From Paraphysomonas bandaiensis (taxonomy: Eukaryota > Protista > Chrysophyceae): 64,000 nt of DNA. Positions 49,423-62,400 of this stretch are shown here, one piece after another. A program made the position numbers and the translations under genes. Position 1 is the first letter of the stretch, and the number at the start of each line of letters is the position of its first letter. The notes beneath the pieces are model-generated. The model was not told the origin of the DNA and did not search any database. It saw nothing but the letters and a program-made list of their open reading frames with translations. The stretch covers positions 96,647 through 160,646 of the forward strand of contig CBFFRP010000292.1 in the NCBI GenBank assembly GCA_965644295.1, in the 5' to 3' direction.

Positions 49423-50385
49423 ATGGTAGTCGGATCTGTCATAGCTACCATACTGTCCATTTGTTCTCAATATGCGATAGTGAGTGGCGGAATATTAAGC
49501 GGAGGACTTCATGCTCTATCTGGCCCGGACCATCTCTCTGTTTTACTCCCTTGTATAGTGGGGAAACACTGGAAGTTTGCGGTGGCTGTGGGGTTTTCCT
49601 GGGGCCTGGGTCATGGCCTTACTTCACTGGGTATCGGACTCGGTGCGTGGGAGATTAAAGGCGCTATTGATGACTATGGGATATCGATGGACTTCGGGAT
49701 AAGTTATTTTTTGTGTATAAAGAATTTTGCTTTTGGCATTACCCTAATTGTCATTGGGGTTATGGGGATTTTTGAGACTGTAGAATCTGTGAAGCATGAG
49801 GGAGAGCCAACACAAGAGCAGGCATGCTCTAGCACTGATCGAAATAAATATGGCGCGGTTGGTATATATTTTTTATATTGCTTCAACGGCTGTTTATTAG
49901 GATTTTCAGTGGATGGGTTTCCAAGTTTGGCTCCAACGCTAGCCATAAACCAAATGACAACAGTGCTCCTATTTTTGGTATGTTACTGTATTGGTACTGC
50001 AGTTTTTATGGGTATCGCCTCGGGAGGTGTTGCTCACGCATCGGCTTGCCTGGGTGACTTGATTGACAGTAGACTGCCATCTTCTTTGGCGTTAGTTTCG
50101 TCGATATTCTCAATAATGGCCGGACTATTTTGGCTAATGTACGGTGTTGTTTCGGCGACACTGGACAGTAGTGATTTGGAACCCTATATTCCTGTCGTTG
50201 TTATCTTTGCGACTCTAGGGAGTATAACCAGTACTTGCACAGTGATATATGCCTATCACAAGACATCCCCTCTCTGTGCGACTCTCCTTGCACCACTAGT
50301 CTACCATTGTAAAGTCGCTATGACATCTTTTTCATCTACGAATTCTTTGATAACCCCCCCGAAGTCTCATGTGTATAATGTTTAG
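49423..50385 (+). CDS. Nickel/cobalt transporter-like protein (UreH/NiCoT-related)
   Basis: Intronless 320 aa. GGLHALSGPDHL and GFSWGLGH motifs, ~8 hydrophobic segments. Confidence 0.8.
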   Translation: MVVGSVIATILSICSQYAIVSGGILSGGLHALSGPDHLSVLLPCIVGKHWKFAVAVGFSWGLGHGLTSLGIGLGAWEIKGAIDDYGISMDFGISYFLCIKNFAFGITLIVIGVMGIFETVESVKHEGEPTQEQACSSTDRNKYGAVGIYFLYCFNGCLLGFSVDGFPSLAPTLAINQMTTVLLFLVCYCIGTAVFMGIASGGVAHASACLGDLIDSRLPSSLALVSSIFSIMAGLFWLMYGVVSATLDSSDLEPYIPVVVIFATLGSITSTCTVIYAYHKTSPLCATLLAPLVYHCKVAMTSFSSTNSLITPPKSHVYNV

Positions 50386-51376
50386 GTATAGAATGTACGT
50401 GTTATGTGGTAGAGGTGTACATGTTGTATGCAAATGTAACTGGTAGTGGACCTTCGTATACTTTGGAATAGATAGATGTCGACTATCAACAGCTTGATGT
50501 TGAATAATATAGCGAAATTACTTCATCCTATGCAACCTATGGCGTTATAGCTACTCGAATTACATCTTATATTTACTCACTTAAGGACCCATTTCGGGAA
50601 TTATTCGAAACAGATTACTTACGATAATGAAAAATGGAGTGAATCATCTACTGACTGCCAAGAATTGTACTTCGTGGTATCAATATATTAACGTTTTGAG
50701 TTTAACAGTGACTAGAAGTTTAATCTGAAACTGAATATGGTATAGGGTTGAACAGAACGTTCAATATTTGGTTCGAAAAGACATTGTTTTCTATCTTAGT
50801 TATAGGCAGTCTAGTAGTGAATGTCTTCTTATTTATTATTAGCAATAAGCGTTTAAGAGTCAGTGCTTAACTTTAATAATCCTACTACTATTCGGTAAAA
50901 GGTATCCAGCATTAACAATTGCAATTATTAACCAAGCGTTCAATATATTGCTGACTTTTAGATTTGCAGACGAAACAAATAACATTCTAAGATGTCCATG
51001 TTGGAATACGTATGGTTCTCTAAGATAGTACTGTAGAATACGTTAAATACAATGTGGAAAACAGTAATACGTAGTCAATAGTCAAAGGTGCTATATAGAA
51101 ACTGAAGTATTATATATTATATCATGACGATTCAAGATACGGAAGTTGAGCAGTGGTTGACATGAACGAAATAATTTATCATGTTGTTGACATGTACTAC
51201 ATGACAACACACACAATTGTGTATATACAATTATAATAACGTAATATATCTAGTTTGACTAACTTAAACTTCTCTTAAAACGATCTTCATTGTCTTAAAA
51301 TGGTCAATACTTAATAGCCCATAGGTGTCATTTGCTTGAGAAAATCAGTCGTAACGTCGTAACAATATTATCGAAG

Positions 51377-51971
51377 TGAATGTGTGATTATTAGCAATAG
51401 GCGTGTAAGAGTCAGAGCTAATGTAGCAAAACAAGTTAACTAACTAGTGCTTAACTCTGATATCCTACTATTTTGCACTACGAAAGCTGCTTGTGCGTCA
51501 CCGCAAGCAGAAAGGTGCATCTACTTCGCTCTATCACTCAAAGCAAACGCAGTCAGCCAGCCGAATGGTGACATATTACCTGGTATCTGCTGACTTCAGG
51601 GTTTTTGAGTCAAGGGCATCCGGGGTATTGGCCTGCCTACTGAAGTCAAGCATCCGGGCTGTTCACCTTAAGGACAGAGAGCAAAATTGGTTGCACCTTG
51701 GTGCTTGCGGTGACGCACAAGAGGCAGTAGGATATCAGAGTTAAGCACTAGTTAGTTAACTTGTTTTGCTGCATTAGTTCTGACTCTTACACGCTATTGC
51801 TAATATACAGCAGGGGTGCGAAATTGATTTTAAACTAATTGCAATTAATTGTCAATTATTAAAATGCAATAATTGAAATTGAGCTATCAAGTAATAATTA
51901 CAAGTATAATTGGCTACAACCTGTGTTACAATTAATTGATACGTGCCGTAGCCCTGATAGTCAGACATTCA
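51377..51971. mobile_element. Two partial SINE-like copies fused in opposite orientation (foldback)
   Basis: 51377-51611 reads forward and 51611-51971 is the reverse complement. Both TGAATGT termini face outward. Confidence 0.8.
51811..51956. mobile_element. hAT-type MITE (146 bp)
   Basis: TIRs caggggtgcg / cgtagccctg. Degenerate 8-bp TSD atatacag / atagtcag (uninterrupted copies read ataatcag). Contains the aattgcaatt motifs seen in the hAT at 35471. Confidence 0.75.
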
Positions 51972-52321
51972 CTACTTCTAATGACCTAATTATGTCAATT
52001 CTCATTGGGGTGATACTATTACTAAAACTGACACCTACTAGTGATTTATTCAAGATAGGTTGTGTTAAAAATCTATTGGGGTATACGTAAGGACGTAACT
52101 GGTGTACTAGTGTATAGTGTACTATACGATGAAACATGGAAACAATGTACAGTATAGAGTATAGTATACATAAAACTCTTAATTATTAGAACTTTCACGC
52201 GCAGGCCATCCGACAAACACGAAAGAAAGAAACCGCTAGAACAATATTTGGTGGAGCGTATAGAATATGGTGTCAGTAATCGATACAGAGAAGTGGGAAA
52301 GTGCCTGTCTTTAGACAGGGC

Positions 52322-53619
52322 CTATGTGGCCTTCTGTTCTTTCTCCATTCGCTCCTCGTCGCTCGCATAGTATCCCTCCACCATTTTGAAGTGGCCTCCC
52401 TCACGGTATGTGGCAAGGTAGTTGAAAGACTCTTCTTCCATAGACAGCGGCTTCATTCCCAGATCGGCAAAGGTGAGAAGGTTAGGGTCTTCGATTAGAA
52501 TATTGTCCTCGGACATGCGTTTGATCATATCAGGGTTGACAATTGGCTCGATTCCAAGGTCAATGAGGAAGGCACGTAGGTTGTGAAGAACAGTAGGGCA
52601 GTCGAACATGTTGACACGTCGCCCAGTAATGTCCGCTACAAACTCCACCACCTCGCGGTATGTGTAAACATCTGGTCCAGCTAGCTGAAACGTCTTTCCC
52701 TCGAAATCCTTCCATCCCTGTAAAATACAGCATGACACAATACCATATAATACATGAAAATCATACGTTTATGATGCGGTTAACTGCAACAGCGACATCC
52801 ACTGCAAATACAGGCTGGACCGTATTGACTCCTCGGTTCACAAGTCCGAAATTCGGCCTTGCCAACAAACTGGTGGCGATATCGTTGAGGAATCTATCCT
52901 CAGGCCCGAACACAGTAGCCGGACGTACAATAATTGACTCAGGGAACTCCCTTCGCACCGCGAGCTCACCCTCAGCCTTGGATCTGTTCCACTCAGAGAG
53001 GGAATCGGGATTAGCGGAAAGGGCGGACATGTGAATAAAGCTCTTCACTCCAGACTCCTTTGAGATGCGTGCTATCGTCTCAGGTACAGATACATGTGTG
53101 TCATGGAAGCTATAATTCTTTCTGGTCAATTTTCCATTCGGTAGTCTTCTAGGTACGAAGTGCTTTGTTTCGTAATCTTTACCAATGAGGTTGATAACCA
53201 CATCACTATTCTTGACAGCTTCGTATATAGAATTTTCATCCCGCGGACTAAATGGCATGAATCCAAGCTACATATATGACATTAGCTAAACAGTGAGAGA
53301 CCATGCATAAAACAACCTGCCCGTGATCAAACATCTGTCTGATGCTGCGCACCTCCATCTCACACCCGCGGAAAGGAATAAAACAAGTCGAGCCCCGTCC
53401 ACCTGCACAGAAAAATAATAATAACACCATTCAAAAATAATGCGGAGCAGATGTACCTAATTGATTGCACACATACTGGCCAACAAAGCCATAGGCACCA
53501 AACACTGTTGCAGTGATGCCGCTGACTGCGTGTCTGCCGTCCGGACCAAACCGCTTACCAAAAGGAGAAGCGAACTTGGATGCATACACTGCCTTCTTAT
53601 TAATCAGCGGGTAACTCAT
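52322..53619 (-). CDS. NDUFA9: NADH dehydrogenase (complex I) 39-kDa subunit NDUFA9, multi-exon
   Basis: GRHAVSGITATVFGAYGFVGQYVCNQLG, IPFRG, SDVVINLIGKDYET, FIHMSAL, SKAEGELAVR, IVRPATVFGPEDRFLN, QPVFAVDVA, GKTFQLAGP. Start codon uncertain. Confidence 0.95.
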
Positions 53620-53733
53620 TGAAGTCCTTGAACGACAAATTATTATTAGAGTTAATATTACTCGCTGTCTTTCGGTCAATGGATGAGACAATATGACAAA
53701 TAAGTCACCAACATCGTGCAACTAATACAATAC

Positions 53734-54762
53734 CATACATACATACATACATACATACATACATACATACATACATACATACATACATACATACATACAT
53801 ACATACATACATACATACATACATACATACATACATACATACATACATACATACATACATACATACATACATACATACATACATACATACATACATACAT
53901 ACATACATACATACATACATACATACATACATACATACATACATACATACATACATACATACATACATACATACATACATACATACATACATACATACAT
54001 ACATACATACATACATACATACATACATACATACATACATACATACATACATACATACATACATACATACATACATACATACATACATACATACATACAT
54101 ACATACATACATACATACATACATACATACATACATACATACATACATACATACATACATACATACATACATACATACATACATACATACATACATACAT
54201 ACATACATACATACATACATACATACATACATACATACATACATACATACATACATACATACATACATACATACATACATACATACATACATACATACAT
54301 ACATACATACATACATACATACATACATACATACATACATACATACATACATACATACATACATACATACATACATACATACATACATACATACATACAT
54401 ACATACATACATACATACATACATACATACATACATACATACATACATACATACATACATACATACATACATACATACATACATACATACATACATACAT
54501 ACATACATACATACATACATACATACATACATACATACATACATACATACATACATTCATACATACATACATACATACATACATACATACATACATACAT
54601 ACATACATACATACATACATACATACATACATACATACATACATACATACATACATACATACATACATACATACATACATACATACATACATACATACAT
54701 ACATACATACATACATACATACATACATACATACATACATACATACATACATACATACATAC
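53734..54762. repeat. (CATA)n microsatellite, ~1030 bp
   Basis: Near-perfect array between the divergent NDUFA9 and 55106 gene starts. Confidence 0.99.
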
Positions 54763-55105
54763 TGTTGCTGTGTATAATACAGCAGTATATTGTGTATTGT
54801 ATGTATTATCTGCTCAGTGTGTAGATAATATACCACAGCATAATATATGCGTCTACGCTCCACTCCAAGACGCTGTCTTCTATTCTACATTGCAGTGATA
54901 TGGATGCAGCAGCTGAAGCACGCTTGACGGAGAGGGCATCCGCTAGCCCCGCCTATATCGGGGTGTGGTCATTGTATCGTAGGTCTGTATATGAGGATGT
55001 CAGCGAGTGGTCTCTGCGGTGGATATCAGTGCAGGTCTGATAGACGTATGCGCTGACACTCGCATCAGTTAATATATGTATCAGAACGGTGTGTTGTTTG
55101 TGTAT

Positions 55106-58100
55106 ATGGACGACATCATGAGCGCACCGGAAGGGTCCGTTACTCTCCATAACTCAGCCGCTACTATTGAGTGTGAGGAATCTGTTCGCTGCTCTGATTC
55201 ACTTAATTGTTTTTGTAGTTAATGACTTGAGTGATAAGGAGTTCATTATCAGAATGACATCTGGCGATGAGGTTCATGAATTTAAGCTAGAAAAGACTCA
55301 AGAGATTCTAATGCGTGAAGTAATTCACCGAAATGTTTGCATTGAGCGAAATCGTCATTCACTCAGTGACTTCTATATGGAAGACGTTGACGAAGTGCAG
55401 CCGGCAAGTATGCAGATTCATCTAAAGGGAGTCCCTCATACAATTTCTATCCGACCGACTGAAAATGCTACTGCAATCGCGGAGATGTTTGTATCAGAGC
55501 ACAAACTGAAAAATGATATCACTTATCGCATTGAAATGGAGCTCTTGCGTACACAAATCGACGCATGTTTGGTATTTCAGTCGAAGTTACGACAGCATAT
55601 ATCTCATCTAAGGCGGCTGCTGATTGATGCCGCAGTCTATGAGTCTCGTGCTATCAATGCGGAATCCAGAGTACTAAAACTCATTGAGATGGGTGTCCGA
55701 GTGGAAGACGCTTTATCTGACTTCCGTAAGAAATTGGCAGCTCTTCAGAGTCATAATCGTGACTTAAGCGAGGAGTGTGCTCATCTGCGCACCCAGGTGG
55801 AGGATCAAAGAGGATTAATATGCTCTCTAGAAGAAGAGAATTCGTCACTACGGAAGGAGCAGATACGTGATAATCTCAAGCTCGACCAGGCAGTTCAACA
55901 CTGCCGACTCTTGCAGGGCAAACTACGAGCAGCTTCTCAGTGGGCTTATGCACTTGGTGCGGAGACTGGAAATGTTCCTTTTGATACAAACAATGGTCAA
56001 TACGGTCTGGGAAAGGAAGCACTTGATGCAAGAGTAGCACGCGCAGTGTCCGAGGCGACACGCTCACTAGTGAAAGAGTACGAACAGAAGATGGCCCTCT
56101 ACGAGAAAACAGTAACGGAGCAGAGTATGCAATTAGAGACCATGACCAAGGAGATGGCTGTTGACAAGAGGTGGGCTGTGACTGTTTTGACGATCGCTAC
56201 CATGTTTATGCCATAGCGGAAGAGATTTTTTGATGTGTTGTTTAGGTCAATCATGGCCCTCAAACGAGACCTTTCAGCTGCTACTCAGGCCCTAGAGGAC
56301 GGTGAATTTCGTGCTCAGATAGAGCGAGAGGAGCGGGGTTATTTGTCAAAGATTGCGAAATTAGAGGAAAATATAGGTGCTCTCACCCAGCAAATGTCAG
56401 ACATGCGTGCAGCCAATCAGAGCCTAAAGACTAGATACGATATGCTCGACCTGAACTATACTAATGTACGAGATATTGCGCACCAACAAGAGGAAGAACT
56501 GATAGGACTCAGAGAAAGGTTAAAAGATGCGAGAACCTTGTCTAGCAGTAAGGCAGCGCAGAAATTACGAGAAGAAAATTTGGCCTTAAATGAACAGGTA
56601 AGTTAACCCAATTTATTTGATCGGGTCTTATTGAAGTGTATTTGTTTCTATGCACTGCCCGTAGATCGTGGTACTGCGAGGCGAGATTATCCAGCTACAG
56701 AACCAAGTCGATGAGGTACAGGAGAGTGCCATTCGTGCTGTCCAGGTTGTACAGCTACTAGATGACAAAGATGATTCCGCGGCCGTGACCATGGATATGA
56801 GAAATAGTCAGCGTGGGCTCACTCGAGATGATCTAACAGATACCAATGGTGGTACGTCGAGTGCGCATGATGACGGCGAGGTGATAGTTGAATTGACTAT
56901 GGAAGAAAGCGACGAGGAAAATGAAGGGAAAGAGCAAGAAGATCAGGGTGAAATATATACTGAAGTAGAGGTGGATTTAGCCTTGCAGCAGTCGCTTGCA
57001 GACTTGAAGTTAGAGGAGAAAAGTGCGGCCTCACTTTCTCCTGTAGTGGAGGACCGACTACTACGAAACATATATCATAAGTATACACTGGAGACAACTG
57101 GGTTACTCAATTTGAGCCGGTAGGACTGATAATTTATTGTTGAAAATCTTTGTTGTAATTGCCGCCCAGGTTCGGGAGGTTTACAAAGGAGTTCAAGATT
57201 GCAGGGAATATCTCCGTTACGGGGGAGAGAGAGAAGTCCAAGTCTGCTATGTTAGTATATGGCGATGTTGATGGTGCGTCACGTATTTGTATTATTTTCT
57301 ATGTAATCTGATGACTGTGATTTACAGTGACATTTATGACAGTTCTCAAACGAGTACCCTCAGTAGAATCTGATGTGCCAATGAGTATGACTGCTGTCGA
57401 GCAGCCCTCCAGTCGACAGTCTCATTCTACAGCTTTTATACCCGCTGGTAGCATCCGCTACACCGAGAAGAGTACAACACCAACTGCAAAAGCCCTAACG
57501 GCTGCCCAAATGACAGCGAAGCAGTTCATTGCTGCTGTAGAAGAGCTTGCTGTTCGTCTATATGCCCATGTAATTGAAGAGCGAACTGGAACAGTGCTAG
57601 ATTGTTTGCCACCGAAACAACGCAGTGCTGCTGTCAGGGCTGCCGTTGATGTACTGATGCTTCAGAAAATAGTTCCCACTGCAGAGAAGTTAGGTACGAT
57701 GTTCTCGTTCTTCTGGACGAGGTGTATGATTTTTGATTTCCTTTTGTAGGATTGGTGCCGTGGGAGCTGATGGTATTAGACCAAACCCTGACTACTATAC
57801 ATTCAAGTAATACTGCTCAGAATTCTCTATCAACACACATCAACACTGTCAATGGGTGGTTTACGCACTACTCCAAGGTTTTACATATTGCTCAGAAGTC
57901 TCCGGACGCTGCTCGGAAGAGTCTCTCTAAGTCCTTCTCGATGAATTCAACTGGAGCCTTTCCTTCTAGTGCATATGACATGCGTGCTTCTTTAGGCTCC
58001 TTCTCCATTGGTAGTCGGGCTACCCCCACTTCGCCGACTCATAGTGGGCCACCCGAGAGCTTCAGAGGAATTGCTTACAAGGAAATATCGCGATTTTTTC

Positions 58101-58576
58101 ATGACTATGGCATTGTGTCCTACCTATTAAAGGAACCTCAATTACATAGGTACCTTATTATATTCCCGTCTACTGTAAAATTCATTTCTCTATTGTAGTA
58201 TTTTCAAGGAAGTGTGCTTGTGGGCAAGCGGGAATGTGGAGCTATTACTTGTTGCTCTTCCGGAAGATATCAGAGACTTGCCATCCGTGCAACAGGAACT
58301 TAATGCTTCGCCATCAATGAGAAACAAACTCGCAAAGAAGAATGTGATAGGGTTGGGAAGTTTTTATGTTCTCTACTCTGCTGTGGCCATGCAGGTAGGA
58401 CCTCGTTACATTTTTATGATAGCATGTTATTCTACATTGTGATCTGTATTAATCATTATGTATGTAACGTTTAGGCCTTCAAAGATTTGGATCCTGAGAG
58501 TAGAATAGGACGGCTGTTTCAGTGGTCCGCTCAAAGCGGTGGTTCGTATTTAATGCAGCGCAAGCAGTTGTATTGA
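55106..58576 (+). CDS. Coiled-coil protein with C-terminal p25alpha/TPPP-like or EF-hand-like region, multi-exon
   Basis: Spliced + ORFs with long heptad-rich segments. LLRNIYHKY..LNLSRFGRFTKEFKI..GDVDVTF..MTAKQFIAAVEELA resembles a p25alpha pattern (tentative). Confidence 0.65.
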
Positions 58577-59067
58577 CAGCAAGTTGTGGGGTAAATATTG
58601 AGACTATTGCCCGTATGTGCGTGTGATTAGAGTGTGTTGGTGCCTGTTGGTGCTGCAGGTTGGATATTTAGTATTGAGATTGCGTTACGCACTCGCTGTA
58701 ATTGTAAAATACTACTAGTGTTACTGATTATGGTATAAGACTGTCAATAATCTGTGTCATTTATAAGCGGCAGTGAGTTGTCGTGACTGGAATGAAAGAA
58801 GTAGACCACCATGGATTTATTCACAGGCTGTTGTTGTTGCAAGGATAGCCATATGTGCTTTTAATACTAAAGATCATTTTTACAAATTAAATGCCGAAAG
58901 AAGACTCGATACCAAATAAGATGAACTTATTATATATATTGCCGTATTTATCAACGTTAAGTATCTCAAACTAGGTAGAACTAATAACTAATCATAGTAT
59001 ACAGTGATATTTACAGTCGTGCATGTTGGGAAATGCTCATTTTACTTAGATCAAAGAGAGATTAAGT

Positions 59068-59316
59068 TGTTAGACTAGATAGATTTATTAATATCGTTTA
59101 CACGAATTGTGTTAAACAACACAAGCTCGTTTTGTGCCATGCATAAATCACTACTTCTGTAGACCTTTCGCTACTAAACATATCTTGAAAGAGCAAACTA
59201 TTTCAGTTTTCTCAATATCATAACAGCATCTACACATCACCATACTTCACTGTATTCTCGTACATTGTCTTCAAGTACCACATTGAATATACTAGGATAC
59301 AGTCCATATTCTAATA
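59068..59316 (-). repeat. 3' LTR of copia element (249 bp) with adjacent polypurine tract
   Basis: On the minus strand: PPT gagtgggag (59325-59317), then TATTAGA...AATAAA...TCTAACA, i.e. imperfect terminal inverted repeats. Confidence 0.75.
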
Positions 59317-59489
59317 CTCCCACTCAATGTAGAATGCAGTGATACGAAACAACAATGAGTACAGTGATCTTCATGCTATAAACTAGTCTCATAGGTAAAA
59401 TAGATGTGAAATCTTATCAAGATACATATATAACTAGCAGTCAACTAGATATATAGTTATGTGGGATTCTCACCCACTAAAACACACCT

Positions 59490-62400
59490 TTAACCTCTTC
59501 GGGGTCGCTTCTTCTGCTGCTCCTCAACTCTGGTTGACACACTTCTCTTAACCCCGGTAATAGTTTTCTCATGACGACTGAAAAGTTTCGTTGACAATGC
59601 CTTCGTGAAAATATCAGCCGCCATATCATCCGTCGACACATGAATCAACTTTGCCGTAGGAAATTTTCCATTTACATGCTCTCTCACCCAGTGATACTTG
59701 ATGTCTATATGCTTCGACCTCTTATGATACACAGGATTCTCGGAGAGATCTTTCGCACTCTTGCTATCCATAAAGAATGGAGTCGGCTTCGCAACTAAGA
59801 GCCCGAGCTCCTTGAACACCCCCCGAAGCCACACCAGTTCTTGCATAGCCGCATACTCCGCCATATATTCAGATTCCATGCTCGAAGTTGCAACTGTGGT
59901 CTGTAGTTTAGACTGCCAGGCCAATGCGCCTGCACATAAGAACACAATGTATCCTGTTGTCGATCGCCGAGTCAGTCTATCACCAGCCCAATCTGAATCA
60001 CTGAACACATGTAAGTCGAACTCACTCCCACTGAATCTGATGCCCTCATCAATTGTTCCACGCAAATATTTCAATAAGTGAATCGCCAGTTTGCACGATG
60101 CATATGTCGGACAACTACTAAATCGAGACAATAACCCCACTGCATAAGCCAGATCAGGTCTAGTATGCATTGCTAGATACAACACTGCTCCAATAATTTG
60201 CCGATACGGAAATGAGTCAACCCACTGCTTCTGCTCCTCCGTAAGTTCACGTTCCTCTGCCAACAGATCCTGAACATTAGTAGGTAGTGGGGCCTCCTTA
60301 TTCTTACTACTCTTTCCCATAACTGAGCTGAATTTCTTGATAATATTCTTAGCATACTCAGATTGATCTAACATATACCAATTTTCTCCTCTGGTTATCC
60401 TGATGTTCAGAAATCGCTTACACACTCCCAGATCATGCATCTCGAATGTTTCACAGAACCTACGCTTTACGCTTTCCAAGTAAGTCAGATCAGCGGATGC
60501 AATTATGATATCATCAACATATATCAATAATAAATGCAGTTTTCCGTTACTCCATCGCATATACAAACACGTATCCAAAATACACGGAGTAAAATGCAAT
60601 GATTTAATAAACTTGTCAATATGTTTATTCCACTGTCGCGGTGAAGATCGCAGTCCATACAATGCCTTGATTAGTTGAAAACACCATCCAGCTAGTAATT
60701 CCTCATCTGGTGGAGGTGCCATATACACGTCATCCTCCAGATCTGCATAGCAAAATGCGGATGATACATCTAATTGATGCACATGCATCTGTAACATAAA
60801 CGCAATCGCTAACACTAGTCTAATGGTTATACCCTTAACCACTGGAGCGAAAGTGGACGGCTCCTCCTCCTTCTTCTCTTGGAGATTTCCTAATGCCACT
60901 AGCCGAGCCTTGTACTTTACTATATTCCCTAGTATGTCTCGCTTCACCGTATGCACATATTTCGCTCTAACTAATTTCACTCCGCTTGGAATTTTCACGA
61001 TCTTCAAGACACGTCTTTTCAGCAATGATGTCTTCTCCACCATTCGAGCTTTTCTCCATTGTTGATACTGTGGAGATCTCTCTGCCTCGGCATATGAATT
61101 TGGTATCTTGATATCTTCTGTCTCTGCATGGTTAAGATCAATATTATGCGCATCCGGTACTTCAACCATATTAATCTCTCCTAAAACTGACGCGTTTGCC
61201 AGTCTCCGCTGCAGCCGTTTGCGTCGGACCCGACCATCACCATCTAGTTCAATCGGTCGACGAGGTATATAAGAACCCGTACCTTGCTCATCCTGAGCAC
61301 GCACATCGTGCGTTGTGGGAGGAGCCCCGCTCACAACCCCAGACTCATAGTCTTCAGAGGTCTGCAACCTCACAGCTGTCTCCTGACAGGTTGGGTCAGG
61401 ACTCTCCTGTAACCCTCCAGGTCTTCCCTGGTCCAGCACCCTGGCTGGCATAGTACTCAGGGCGTCCCCCTTTCCTATATATCCGGTATTCCCGGGAGTT
61501 TCTGCAGTCATTCGCACTACGTCCTCGACGTGAATCGGCACCCGGTGCTCGATATGCTTCCGACCTGCAGTTACCAGAGATCGATAGGCTACTATTACCC
61601 CCTTTCGTTCTACTACTCTCGTGGTCTTGTAGAGAAGACCATCCTCATCATCAATATGATATGTACCTTCTAAGCCCGCATAGTCAGACACAATTTTCGG
61701 TCTCTCGGCCTCCTTCACTCGAAGAGCATCTATCTCAGCGAAATAGCTCTCCGAGCGTGACGGTATGGACTCATCAGTTAATACATGTACCGACGTGACG
61801 ACCCTATCAGTCGCAGGTAGATATACATCATATCCTACCTTTTCATCTGAATATCCTATCAGATATCCGATAAGGGCCTTGTCGTCCCAGTCTTTCCGTC
61901 GATCCGCCTTTGTAGTGAGGACATACGCACGACACCCCCATACTCTGAGATATTTCAGGTTGGGAGCCTCACCAGTCAAAAATTCAAGAGGGGACATATA
62001 CCCCTTCGCTGTCTTTGTAGGCAATCGAATTAATATGTACCTGGCTGCCATGTAGGCATCTAGCCAAAACTGTGAAGGCAATCCTGACTGAATCAGCATC
62101 GCTAATGTCATCTCACCACAGGTCCTGAATTTCCGCTCCTCAATCGCGTTCATCTCAGGAGAGTCCGTAGAGCTCCACGTATGTTGATAGCAACCCTGTG
62201 ACCTAAGATATTGTCGCAGCTCATCACATATTAGCTCCCCTGCTCCATCTGCATGGTAATGATGCATTTCTAATTTGTACCTTTTCACATCTCCTTCAAA
62301 AATCTTCTTGAAAACCTGCAGTACCGATGACCCAGTCCTATGAACAAGCCCTTCCGACCAGAACATCCGACTGGCATGGTGTGTTAGTTTGAGCACATAT

